From an uncultured candidate division Zixibacteria bacterium (lineage in GTDB: Bacteria; Zixibacteria; MSB-5A5; GN15; FEB-12): a stretch of 64,000 bases of DNA. The notes under the pieces were generated by a model that worked only from the letters and a program-made list of their open reading frames with translations, made no database searches and was not told the origin of the DNA. The DNA lies in assembly GCA_963664195.1 (NCBI GenBank), contig OY760907.1, positions 2,880,001 through 2,944,000 on the forward strand, written 5' to 3'. Made by a program: the position numbers and the translations under genes. Below, piece after piece: positions 8,959 through 19,047 of the stretch (the first letter of the stretch is position 1; every line of letters starts with the position of its first letter).

Positions 8959-8983
8959 GGTTCTGGGCTGGGCTTGTCCCGGT

Positions 8984-11900
8984 ATGAACGTACGTTGGTG
9001 TGAACTTCTTTTTGTGTCTGTGCTGCTCGCTATTCTGGCGATGCCGGCCGTGTCATTTTCCGACAGTCTGACAACCATTGTGTCATCGGAGACGGAATTC
9101 CGTTTTGTCTGCGAGTTTGACGCTGTTGGCTCACTGACAAAAGTTGTCGATCAGGATTCAACTACAACATATGTCCACACTGTACAGGTCGCAGTGCCGG
9201 TTGGCGCGGAAGCCAGCCTTCTGGCCTCCGCGGGCAGGAGACTCCGGCCTGTTTCTTCTCCGGCAGATAAAGCGGATGTTTCGCTTCCCCTGGCCAGAAT
9301 CTCGAGACCCAAAGCAGTCCGCGGTCGGACTCTTGTCTCGGTACAGATCAGCCCGCTGAAGAGTGATGGTTCCGGCGGTGTCGTGATGTTTGGTGAAGTA
9401 GAGATTCAACTGGCCTTCAACGGGTCGCGTGCCACGGTGCAGACAGAGGCTGCAGAAGATCCGGGGTTTGACCGTGTGTTTGCCTCGGCTGTCGCGAATT
9501 ACGACGTTGCCCGTGGCTGGCCGGTGTTGAAGCGAAATGTGGTGTCTCTGCAAATGCCGTCCTCCGAAGAATCTATCGAGAATCTGACCAGCGCAACGCA
9601 GTGGTACAAGGTTCTGGTGTTTCAGTCCGGGCTGTACCGCCTGACGGGCGCCGATCTGGAAGCCGCCGGTATTTCGCTGAGCGGGTTGGCTTCCGACTCG
9701 ATACGCCTATTCAACGCCGGTGGTCTTGAAAACTCGATTTTGAATAGCGATCCTCGTCCCGTTTTCGAGGAAGTCTCCCTGATGGTGCTTGATGGGGGTG
9801 ACGGTTCTTTTGGCGCTTCCGATCTGGTCGTGTTCTATGGTGAATCGGTCAATCGTTGGCGCTACCGGCCCGGCTATCCGGATATCTACGTAAACAATCA
9901 TTTCAATAACTATAATGTTTATTGGCTGGCGGTGTCTGGTGATTTCGAGGGTGCAGCGCATCGGATGACGCAGGTCGATGCTTCTCTGTCCGGCCCGGTG
10001 GATACCGTTATCGCGAGTTGCAAGCAAATGGTGCACATTGAGCAGGATCAATTGCTTGGCATGAACTTGCAGGAGCATTTTTCAAACTACTACAACTGGT
10101 ACTGGTCAGACACTACCGACAACACGCTGTACGTCAGCACCCCCGGGGCTATATCGGGTGACTCGGCGACGGTCCTTGTACGGGGGCAGTCAGGATCGGC
10201 CTACGGATTTTACGAAGTCGCAGTCAACGGCGTGCAGGCAGAAAACAGTGTATTCTGCAATCGTTACAGTTGCACATTCGCGACACGCGCGCTTCTGGGA
10301 GATGCTGGTACGCTGAACCGGTTGGACGTAACATTGTGGCCGTCGAGCAGCAAGATACCGCCGTATTTTGATCTCGCGGAGGTGTACTACCAGGGGAACC
10401 TGTTGCCGCAGAACAATCGCCTAGATTTCAAACTCGGTGATCATGATCTGTGGGCAGAGATTCAGGTGATCGACAGTTACTCGGGTACACCGACGTTTTT
10501 TGATCTAAGAGATCCTGCCGACCCGGTGATCCTTGCCGGTTTTTCGCGAACGGGAGGGCAGATATTGTTCAGGGATTCGTTGACGTCCGTTGGTCCGAAT
10601 CACTATTTCGGAGCACTGATAGCAGGTGCGTCTGCACCGGTATCGATTACCGCTGTCGAAGTCACCGATGTTCGCTCGTCTCTTGCGCAGGCGGATATGA
10701 TAATCGTGACTCCTCGGAGTTTTGTCCCTTATCTCGACGAATACCGGCAGTACCGGGCAGATAGGGGTGTCTCAAGCATTGTCACTTCAGTTGAAGATAT
10801 AATGGACAATTTCTCGTACGGATTGTACGACCCGACTGCCATTCGTGACTATCTCAAATACATGTACGAAAACGCGCCGTCGCCGGCACCATCGGCGGTA
10901 TTGTTTGTCGGCGATGCCAGCTACGACTTTCTGGATCATCTTGGCACCGGAATGCCAAACTATGTTCCAGCGTACATCATGGGCGCACATGATGTTTATG
11001 GAGATGACAATTACGTGTATTTCGGTGCTTTCCGGGTTTTCGACGGCGACACGAGTTATGTCGACGGAGACCGCGGCTACGATATGATGACGGCTCGCTG
11101 GCCGGTTCGTTCGCGGGATGAGATCGACGTTATTGTCAACAAGATCAAAGAGTACGAATCAGCGGACGCGCTGGGCGAGTGGCGGACACGTATCACTCTC
11201 GTGGCCGATGACGAGTTCGGAGAGACTTCTGAGAACGAAGTCTTCCACACTACTCAGACTGAGGAACTCAATACCGAATGCATTCCGGCTGAGTATTTGC
11301 GGGACAAGATTTATCTGTGGGAGTATCCGCTCGTTAATGGTGACAAGCCTGCCGTGAATCGAGCGATAGTGAAGTCCTTTGATGATGGGTCACTGATTGT
11401 GAACTATGTCGGCCATGGAAATCCCGATGTTTGGGCCCATGAACACGTGCTCCAGCGCGCTAGTGACCTTCCGCAGATGACCAACTACGACAGGCTTCCT
11501 TTGGTGTTCGCAGCCTCCTGTGCCATCGGGTTTTTTGATGATCCCCGTCGCGAGGGGATGGCCGAGGACTTTCTGGTGCTGCCCTCGGGTGGGGCCATTG
11601 GCGTGATTGCCGCCACGCGATTGGTGTATTCGAATCCGAACGCCGATTTCAATCGTGAAGTGTTCAATGTTCTTATGGAACACAACGGTTTGTCGATTGA
11701 CGAGGCGATGTTCGCCGCCAAGCTTCGTCGCCAGTATGTCGCGCCTATTGATCCGGACTCAGCCGTGATTCATCCGATCACTAACGATCTCAACTACGTG
11801 TTCTTCGGCGATCCCTGGCTAAAACTTGCCACACCGGAATACGCAATGGAATTGTCGGTGCGTCCGGACTCACTGGTTGCTCTCGGACGTAGCCGGGTGG

Positions 11901-12886
11901 CCGGAAGAATAGTCGACGGATCGGGGCAGACGGTGATGCAGGACGGCACGCTTCGAGTTGCCGTATACGATTCCGAACGTGATCGTACTTACCGTCCGCA
12001 GTACAGTGAGCCGATTACCTACCAGGTCGGTGGTCCGCGTATCTTTCGGGGACCGGCCTCGATCACCGATGGTGAGTTCGACTTTGAGTTTGTTGTGCCG
12101 CTGGATGTGAGCTACGGCCGTCCGGGGGCGAGAGTGTCTCTTTACGCCGTATTGGGTGACAGTGACGGTCTGGGCGTGGTGGACAGTATTGATGTCAGCG
12201 AGACGCTGGTAGAGATCGTGGATTCCACCGGGCCGGCGATAGCATTCGGTATTGCCGGACGGCCCGGATTCATCAGCGGCGACGTAGTCAGCCCGGATGA
12301 ACAGCTTGTTGTGACGATTTCGGATTCGTCCGGGATTAACCTTGCCGGAGGCATAGGTCACGGTATCGTGCTCGTTGTGGATGGCGCGGTTGACGAGGCT
12401 CTGGATCTCACGCACCTGTTTGAGTACGGGCTTGATGACTTCACCAGCGGCAGTCTGGCGTACCGGTTGGATTCGTTGGCTCCGGGTGAGCACGGGCTGA
12501 AAATCAAGGCGTGGGACAACGCCAACAACGTGTCGATAGTGGAGTTTAGAGCGGAGATGGTCGCGGAAGGTGTGCTGGCTATCAACGAACTGCTGAACTA
12601 CCCGAACCCGATGGGCGAATCAACGACCTTCTTTTTTGAGTTGACGGGGACCACTGAAAGAGTTGACATTGAGATATTCACACTCTCAGGCAAGAACATC
12701 TGGGGAACTACGGGATACAGCCTTCGGGCTGACCGCTACCCGAACGATGCTTTCAGCCCGGTCTGGGACGGCCGCGATGCCGACGGTGACCGGGTGGCTA
12801 CGGGAGTGTACATATACAAGGCAACTGCCGTTCCACGGAGCGGCGATGCTGTTGAACAATTTGGGAAAATAGTAGTACTTAACTAA
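8984..12886 (+). CDS. porU: Type IX secretion system sortase PorU (peptidase C25 family)
   Basis: 1300 aa; signal peptide; C25 motifs DPTAIRDYLKY, VNYVGHG (catalytic His) and FAASC (catalytic Cys); IKAWDNANN; C-terminal CTD LNYPNPM...GVYIYK; next to porV. Confidence 0.92.
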   Translation: MNVRWCELLFVSVLLAILAMPAVSFSDSLTTIVSSETEFRFVCEFDAVGSLTKVVDQDSTTTYVHTVQVAVPVGAEASLLASAGRRLRPVSSPADKADVSLPLARISRPKAVRGRTLVSVQISPLKSDGSGGVVMFGEVEIQLAFNGSRATVQTEAAEDPGFDRVFASAVANYDVARGWPVLKRNVVSLQMPSSEESIENLTSATQWYKVLVFQSGLYRLTGADLEAAGISLSGLASDSIRLFNAGGLENSILNSDPRPVFEEVSLMVLDGGDGSFGASDLVVFYGESVNRWRYRPGYPDIYVNNHFNNYNVYWLAVSGDFEGAAHRMTQVDASLSGPVDTVIASCKQMVHIEQDQLLGMNLQEHFSNYYNWYWSDTTDNTLYVSTPGAISGDSATVLVRGQSGSAYGFYEVAVNGVQAENSVFCNRYSCTFATRALLGDAGTLNRLDVTLWPSSSKIPPYFDLAEVYYQGNLLPQNNRLDFKLGDHDLWAEIQVIDSYSGTPTFFDLRDPADPVILAGFSRTGGQILFRDSLTSVGPNHYFGALIAGASAPVSITAVEVTDVRSSLAQADMIIVTPRSFVPYLDEYRQYRADRGVSSIVTSVEDIMDNFSYGLYDPTAIRDYLKYMYENAPSPAPSAVLFVGDASYDFLDHLGTGMPNYVPAYIMGAHDVYGDDNYVYFGAFRVFDGDTSYVDGDRGYDMMTARWPVRSRDEIDVIVNKIKEYESADALGEWRTRITLVADDEFGETSENEVFHTTQTEELNTECIPAEYLRDKIYLWEYPLVNGDKPAVNRAIVKSFDDGSLIVNYVGHGNPDVWAHEHVLQRASDLPQMTNYDRLPLVFAASCAIGFFDDPRREGMAEDFLVLPSGGAIGVIAATRLVYSNPNADFNREVFNVLMEHNGLSIDEAMFAAKLRRQYVAPIDPDSAVIHPITNDLNYVFFGDPWLKLATPEYAMELSVRPDSLVALGRSRVAGRIVDGSGQTVMQDGTLRVAVYDSERDRTYRPQYSEPITYQVGGPRIFRGPASITDGEFDFEFVVPLDVSYGRPGARVSLYAVLGDSDGLGVVDSIDVSETLVEIVDSTGPAIAFGIAGRPGFISGDVVSPDEQLVVTISDSSGINLAGGIGHGIVLVVDGAVDEALDLTHLFEYGLDDFTSGSLAYRLDSLAPGEHGLKIKAWDNANNVSIVEFRAEMVAEGVLAINELLNYPNPMGESTTFFFELTGTTERVDIEIFTLSGKNIWGTTGYSLRADRYPNDAFSPVWDGRDADGDRVATGVYIYKATAVPRSGDAVEQFGKIVVLN

Positions 12887-12908
12887 TCATATTTGGAGAC
12901 TGTTCCGT

Positions 12909-15671
12909 ATGAACGCACGCAAGCTAGTTCTTTCAACGGTGACAATACTTTTGACGCTCTGCCTGGCTGCAGACAGTTTCGCGGATATCTCGAACGCCGC
13001 GGTACTGTTTCTCCGCATCGCTCCCGGCTCTCGTGCCGCGGCTATGGGGGATACGCATGTCGCCTTTGCCGAGGACGCAACCGCCACTCACTGGAATCCG
13101 GCCGGTCTGGGGACGAGCCCCCTGTCGGAATCCTGGGATGAAACCTCGGTCCCTGCCAAGTTTCGGCCGCTGACGGCTATCGCGCCGCTGAGCACCGGAG
13201 GCGGGAGCTTCACTGACTACGACGTTTGGGCAATTAGCAGCCAGGGACTGGTGCGATTCGATGGCCGTAGATGGTCCACGGAGGAGATCTTCGGAACCAA
13301 AACTGACGACACCGTGGACGATATTGTCCGTCAGTACTGTCGGGTGTTCAACGAGGAACGTCTGGCTCAGATAGTCAGACGGGTTGTCGAGGCCAACAGC
13401 GAACTCACGTTTGACCAACTGGATACGCTTGGTCATCGCATTCTGGCTGCAGTGCCGGAGAGTGCGGCTGACCGCGCGCGGATTGAGGCCGACCTGGACT
13501 CCATGATGTTGGGATACGATCAGGCCCGTATTAACTGGAGCAAGGTCAAAGAAGCCGAGAGCAGATTCCTTGAGGGGCTGGAGGACAGTGTGCTCACCGA
13601 GGAAGAGATCACCCGGATCAGTGTTGCTCTGGAGCGATCGAACAATCGTTTCATTCCGGAAGATCTGCGCATTCCGTATTCAGTCTTTTTTGACGGAGTG
13701 CCGGTCGATCTGACTTCCGGAGATGACGAGCTCATGGTTGCCTTTGAGGGGGGACTGGCTCAGTTCGACGGAAAACGCTGGCAGGTGCTGGGAGCGGACG
13801 AGGGGCTTCTCTCGCCGAATATAAGCTGCCTGTATACGTTGGGTAGTCAGATTCTGGTCGGCACTGATGCCGGCATCTCGGTTTACAACAGTGTGTCTAT
13901 TGAACCTCTGGCAGCTGAGGGCAACAGGTTACCGGCCGGAGAGGTTGAGGCCATCGGTGGATCGTTCCTGACAGACCTTTATGCCGTCGTCAATCACGAG
14001 CTGTACCATTTCAACGGCAACACATGGTCGAACACAACGACTTACACGGCCGTTCTCGATGACACGATTGAGAAGATAGCCGGGAAGTTCTCGATGTTCA
14101 ACTCGCCGGTTGAGAAGGCGAAGTTCATGGAGAAGTACCGTGAGGTGGGTGTTGCGATGCCTGCTTCTGTGATGAGAGTGCCCGTGGAGATGACGGACTC
14201 TGCGGCAATCGAGGAACCTGCACTTGCAGGTGACGAGGCTGTTGAGGAAATCGCTGGAGAGGAAGTTACTTCGGACGATGCGGGAGAGGTCGGCGAGGTT
14301 GCTGAAGAAACGGTGGAACTTGCCGCCGGCGTCCCTGGTATCGATCGAGAGATTGTCCCTGGCGACGTTCTCGTAGTGCCCCTCTCGATTGAGATCAAGG
14401 GCGAGGTTGAGTCGATTCATATCGATCATAACAAAGATATCTGGCTCGGTACGGAGTACGGCGTTCTGCGCCTCACTCCCAACGGTTGGGAAGCTCCGGG
14501 TTACACGGATCACGTGGTTATGGAAGGCGAAACTCTCGAGACTATCGCAACTCTACGGACATCGGACGAAGACGTCGATTCCGTTTCCTACCTCGGACAG
14601 CTTGAAGCGATCAACGACATCGGCGAGGCTCGTTCGCTCGAGGTTGGTGACACTGTTCGGGTGTTCTCCAACCCGACTGCCAACCGCGTGCATTCCATCG
14701 GCAGCGATGGCAGCATTTCGTACTTCGCCACTGCGGGAGGATTACTTGAGTTCGACGGCGAAAAATGGAGACGCTCCGATCTTCACGGTTTTTCACGGTC
14801 AGATGTAATCAGTGTAACGAAGCGCAACGAGGAAACCTGGGTTGGTGGCGCGGCCAAGCTGATGACGAAAGTCCCGGGGCACGCCAGCATCACTTTCACT
14901 CAGGCCAAGTGGTTGCCTGAACTGGCTGATGACCTGTATTACGGTTTCTTCGGTGCTACGGCACCGGTGAAGGGCTGGGGTACTTTTGGCGGTAACGTCA
15001 CGTTCATCTCCTACGGTGAGTTCCAGCGCACAGGTGAGACAAGCCCGGACGTGATTGACACGTTTGATTCGTTTGATATTGCTTTTACGGCTTCTTACGG
15101 TACCTCGCTGACCAGTCGTCTCAAGGGTGGTGTATCGGCGAAGGTGATATACTCCAAGCTGGCTGCCGTGGGGGCCGGCGTGGAACGGGGAGAGGGTACT
15201 TCGACCGGTTTCGCAGTTGATCTTGGTCTGATGTACTTGCTCTCGTCGCGTTGGACGCTTGGTATGGCGATCACAAACATTGGTCCCGAGATGGCGTATA
15301 TTGACGCGGAACAGTCGGACGCTCTGCCGCGCAACCTGGGTATCGGGTTTGCCTGCAAGGTTCTGCAGTCCGATTACAACCGGCTGTTGGTTTCTGTGGA
15401 GATAAACAAACTGTTAGTGGGGCTCAATGACGGTTTTTCTGAAGAGATTAAGGAATTGGTTATCAACGGTGGTGCCGAGTTCACCTATGCAAACTTGATT
15501 TCTGCCCGAGTTGGATACATCTACGATCAGGAAGGTTCCATCAAGACGCCGACGATCGGATTCGGTCTGGCGCCGATGCATTGGGTGGAAGCAGACTTTT
15601 CTTACGTTCCCAGCAGCGACGACGTTTCATTGGCAAACACCCTGAGATTCTCACTGGGTCTGAAGCTGTAG
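12909..15671 (+). CDS. porV: PorV-family (FadL-like) outer-membrane protein with a large internal insertion
   Basis: N-terminal FLRIAPGSRAAAMGD...HWNPAGLG hatch; C-terminal barrel KWLPELADDLYY...NIGPEM...LPRNL...LANTLRFSL; ~590 extra residues between them. Confidence 0.85.
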   Translation: MNARKLVLSTVTILLTLCLAADSFADISNAAVLFLRIAPGSRAAAMGDTHVAFAEDATATHWNPAGLGTSPLSESWDETSVPAKFRPLTAIAPLSTGGGSFTDYDVWAISSQGLVRFDGRRWSTEEIFGTKTDDTVDDIVRQYCRVFNEERLAQIVRRVVEANSELTFDQLDTLGHRILAAVPESAADRARIEADLDSMMLGYDQARINWSKVKEAESRFLEGLEDSVLTEEEITRISVALERSNNRFIPEDLRIPYSVFFDGVPVDLTSGDDELMVAFEGGLAQFDGKRWQVLGADEGLLSPNISCLYTLGSQILVGTDAGISVYNSVSIEPLAAEGNRLPAGEVEAIGGSFLTDLYAVVNHELYHFNGNTWSNTTTYTAVLDDTIEKIAGKFSMFNSPVEKAKFMEKYREVGVAMPASVMRVPVEMTDSAAIEEPALAGDEAVEEIAGEEVTSDDAGEVGEVAEETVELAAGVPGIDREIVPGDVLVVPLSIEIKGEVESIHIDHNKDIWLGTEYGVLRLTPNGWEAPGYTDHVVMEGETLETIATLRTSDEDVDSVSYLGQLEAINDIGEARSLEVGDTVRVFSNPTANRVHSIGSDGSISYFATAGGLLEFDGEKWRRSDLHGFSRSDVISVTKRNEETWVGGAAKLMTKVPGHASITFTQAKWLPELADDLYYGFFGATAPVKGWGTFGGNVTFISYGEFQRTGETSPDVIDTFDSFDIAFTASYGTSLTSRLKGGVSAKVIYSKLAAVGAGVERGEGTSTGFAVDLGLMYLLSSRWTLGMAITNIGPEMAYIDAEQSDALPRNLGIGFACKVLQSDYNRLLVSVEINKLLVGLNDGFSEEIKELVINGGAEFTYANLISARVGYIYDQEGSIKTPTIGFGLAPMHWVEADFSYVPSSDDVSLANTLRFSLGLKL

Positions 15672-18600
15672 ATGGGAGAAGGAGAGAGAGGATTGGCTTT
15701 AGCAGGACTGAGACGATTCGGGCTGGGCGCGCTGACCGTTGTATCAATGTTTGTGCTGGCGGCGTCAGTCGCCGGCGCGAGCGGCACCGGCAAACTCCTG
15801 CACGGGGAGATCGTGCCCGCGGACACCACGCCCGACAACAACATCGTCAGGCACAAGTGCCTGACTCCCGAAGGAAACGACCAGAAACTTGGCGTGTTGA
15901 GACGCCCCAATCCATGGTCGCTCCCGCTGGAAAGCCTGGCGGCAGATTTTGATACGACTATTCACTGCCTGGTGCTTCGGTACGACTTCCAGTACGAAGG
16001 GACCGATGACGCCAACACGACCGGTCGCGGTCGGATGGACCTGTCACGGCCTCTTGATACATTGACAGACGAGGAGTACATTGCCCGTGTCGGGCACATC
16101 ATCGATCCTCCTCCGCACGACTCGGTATATTTCGATGCACACTTGCAGGCGTTGAGCCGGTATTGGGAGCAGGTGTCGGAGGGGCAGATACATCTCGTCT
16201 GGGACATTTATCCACCGTATCGGGATTCTGTGTACGAGTTGCCGCAGCCAATGTCTTATTACGGTCGGTGCAACATGGCTGAAGTTGTCTACGGTCTTGA
16301 AGATTTCTTCGTGGACTGTATTCAGTTGGCCGACACGGCTCACTTGCTGCACCCTGAAGAGGAGGCTCGCTGGGACATTGATTTCTCCCAGTACGATGCT
16401 TTTTTCCTTTTCCATGCCGGATCAGATCGCCAGAACGACATCGGTTTTCCTGAGACCTGCTCAGACTTGTTCTCGGGGTTCATCCGGTTTGGCGGAACCG
16501 TGGCGGTGGAAGACTCGACTGTGGAGATCAACACTGCTCTTATGATGCCGGAGACGGCTGTGCAGGACAATCGCATTACGGCGCTCAACGCGGTCATGGC
16601 GCACGAGTTTGGACACCAATTGGGATTGATCGACGTTTACAATTCCTCGAATTTCCTGAGCCAGATCGGTGATTTTGGTCTGATGGACAACAACGGCTTT
16701 GGTTCAGGAATTGATTTCGGCTTCCCGGCCGGGCGTGTTTTTGGTGCAATTCCGCTGTACCCCAGTGCCTGGTCCAGAGCGTTTCTGGGGCTGGTGGATG
16801 TGCAGGATTTCCGGGGCGACACGAACAACGTGCGTTTGGCCGCCGCGGGTATGTATCAGGACACTGCCCTGAAAATCGCCCGTGTGCCTATCACTGAGAC
16901 AGAGTACTACCTCCTGGAGAATAGGTCGATTGATGTTGATGGTCTCCCGACGGCGCTCCTGGCCGACTCAGCCACGAGTGTCATTCAAGGTCCTGTCACG
17001 TTTGAGAGGGAATTCACCGGTGAGTATGATTTCCTGATGCCCGGTTCAGGTATGCTGATCTATCTCATTGATGAAGAGGTAGCGTCGCTGGACTATGATG
17101 GTGACGGGCAGAACAATTTTTGGGACAACGATCTCCAGTGGTATCTTGGCTCGGAGGAGCGCAAGTTCATCAAGTTGATTGAGGCTGACGGTCTGGTCGG
17201 GTTCGGCGGCTATTTCCGCTCCGGATTCGGTAGTGCTGAAGACATGTTCCGCGATGATCGCAACCATGCCTTTACGCCTAACACGAATCCTCCGTCGTTG
17301 GACAACACAGGCAATAATACGCATATCTATATTACCGATATCCGTCGTGACACTATCTCCGGTGTAAGTCAAACAACTTACGATGATCGGTATATGAGGT
17401 TTAATCTGGAGCGGGATCGCACAGTCGACGGCTTTCCGGTGCGCATGGGCGCTCCCTCGTTGGGGCTCTCGCCGATCGCGGATGACCTTGACGGCGACGG
17501 CGTGGCCGAAGTGATTGTGGCGTCCGGCAATTTGTTGTCCGTGGTCACTTCGACCGGCGATGATTTCATTCGGTCGCTGGGGACTTGCGACACGCTGACC
17601 TGTCCGTTGTACTACGACACCGCGAGCGGCCTGCTGGATTCGATCGTTCCTACCTCGCCGGTCTCAACTTACCCCGTGCCGGTGTTTGCCGAGCTGCCGG
17701 CTGACATCTGGTGCGGCCCGGTTACGGGAACGCTTGCCTCGCTGTCAGATACGAATCTGGTGGCGGTCGGTTACCCGAGCGGATCGAACGGATTTGTGGC
17801 AGTGTTCAAGGCGACGGATGAGGACGCCGACGCCCGGGCTGACCTGGCCGGCACGGCACTGAGCACGCTGGGTACTCCTATCGCTTTGTCGTTTGGTGAC
17901 GGTCTTCTGTATTCACTGACGACGAGGGGATATGTGTATCGGCAGGACAGTCTGGCGGTCTATGAGGACCGATTCCAGGTGCCGGGCGATGCCTTCCAGG
18001 GTATTTGCCGCCTGGGTGATGATCTGGTAGTGATCGCCAATGACACGACTACATTGGAAACGTATCTGACGGTTGTATCTGATACTGTGTACACGCTGAC
18101 GTTGGACGGACTCTATCTCTTTGGCCCTCTGGTGATCGATATCAACCGTGACGGCCAGCCGGAAGTGGTAGCATTCTCGGTTGACGGCGATGGCGTGATG
18201 GTAACGGTGGACACGACCGCTGCGGCACCTTCGTTCTCGATCCTGAGCGAGCGTGAAACCGGTGTAGTCGTCTCGGCCAATCCGGTAGCGGGTGACGTCG
18301 ATGACGACGGTTACCCTGATATCATAGCAGGCGGTATTGGCAGTTTGTATGCCTTTGGTCCGGACTTCGTTACCAAGACAGATTTTCCGATCGAGGTGGA
18401 TGACCGTTACCCGAACGGGTTCGTGATATCGGCTCCGGTTGTTGCAGATATTCAACACGGTGATGCTGACGAGATAATCTTCCCAACCTCGGTCGGCAAT
18501 GTCTACTCGTTCGGATCGGAAGAGACGCTCGGTTTCCCGCTTGCGAGCGGCGAACAAAAGGCGGGTGCGTCCGGTTCTCCGGCCGTTGTTTTCCACGATG

Positions 18601-19046
18601 CCACCGGCGGCAAGCTGGGTTATCTTGGCGGTGATGGCTGGTTCTACGCGTGGGAGGTCGATGTCGACAGTACGGCCTTGTGGCCAATGAACGGCGGTGG
18701 CCCTTCCGGCAGTTTTGCCCTGAGTACCGAGCGCCTTGCGGATCCGAAAGTCTATGCGAGCGGATTCGACGAGGCAAGTTTCTACAACTACCCGAATCCG
18801 GTGAGGGAGGGAACGACACGAATTCGTTACTTCCTGGGTGAGGAAGCCAACTCGGTAGTGTTGAACATCTACGATTTATCGGGTTCGAGGATAGAGGAGT
18901 TGACCGGTACGACGATTGGCGGGGCCGATAACGAGCTTGTCTGGGATTGCAGCGACGTAACCCCGGGGGTGTACCGCTGTGTGATCGAGATTGATTTTGG
19001 GGGCGACACTGAGACAGCGTTCACAGATATTGCGATATTGAATTGA
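15672..19046 (+). CDS. M6 (immune inhibitor A-like) zinc metalloprotease with FG-GAP-like repeats and a T9SS CTD
   Basis: FHAG, AHEFGHQLGLIDVY (HExxH) and EYYLLENR; DLDGDG, DINRDG and DVDDDG repeats; C-terminal YNYPNPV...GVY. Confidence 0.85.
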   Translation: MGEGERGLALAGLRRFGLGALTVVSMFVLAASVAGASGTGKLLHGEIVPADTTPDNNIVRHKCLTPEGNDQKLGVLRRPNPWSLPLESLAADFDTTIHCLVLRYDFQYEGTDDANTTGRGRMDLSRPLDTLTDEEYIARVGHIIDPPPHDSVYFDAHLQALSRYWEQVSEGQIHLVWDIYPPYRDSVYELPQPMSYYGRCNMAEVVYGLEDFFVDCIQLADTAHLLHPEEEARWDIDFSQYDAFFLFHAGSDRQNDIGFPETCSDLFSGFIRFGGTVAVEDSTVEINTALMMPETAVQDNRITALNAVMAHEFGHQLGLIDVYNSSNFLSQIGDFGLMDNNGFGSGIDFGFPAGRVFGAIPLYPSAWSRAFLGLVDVQDFRGDTNNVRLAAAGMYQDTALKIARVPITETEYYLLENRSIDVDGLPTALLADSATSVIQGPVTFEREFTGEYDFLMPGSGMLIYLIDEEVASLDYDGDGQNNFWDNDLQWYLGSEERKFIKLIEADGLVGFGGYFRSGFGSAEDMFRDDRNHAFTPNTNPPSLDNTGNNTHIYITDIRRDTISGVSQTTYDDRYMRFNLERDRTVDGFPVRMGAPSLGLSPIADDLDGDGVAEVIVASGNLLSVVTSTGDDFIRSLGTCDTLTCPLYYDTASGLLDSIVPTSPVSTYPVPVFAELPADIWCGPVTGTLASLSDTNLVAVGYPSGSNGFVAVFKATDEDADARADLAGTALSTLGTPIALSFGDGLLYSLTTRGYVYRQDSLAVYEDRFQVPGDAFQGICRLGDDLVVIANDTTTLETYLTVVSDTVYTLTLDGLYLFGPLVIDINRDGQPEVVAFSVDGDGVMVTVDTTAAAPSFSILSERETGVVVSANPVAGDVDDDGYPDIIAGGIGSLYAFGPDFVTKTDFPIEVDDRYPNGFVISAPVVADIQHGDADEIIFPTSVGNVYSFGSEETLGFPLASGEQKAGASGSPAVVFHDATGGKLGYLGGDGWFYAWEVDVDSTALWPMNGGGPSGSFALSTERLADPKVYASGFDEASFYNYPNPVREGTTRIRYFLGEEANSVVLNIYDLSGSRIEELTGTTIGGADNELVWDCSDVTPGVYRCVIEIDFGGDTETAFTDIAILN

Positions 19047-19047
19047 G

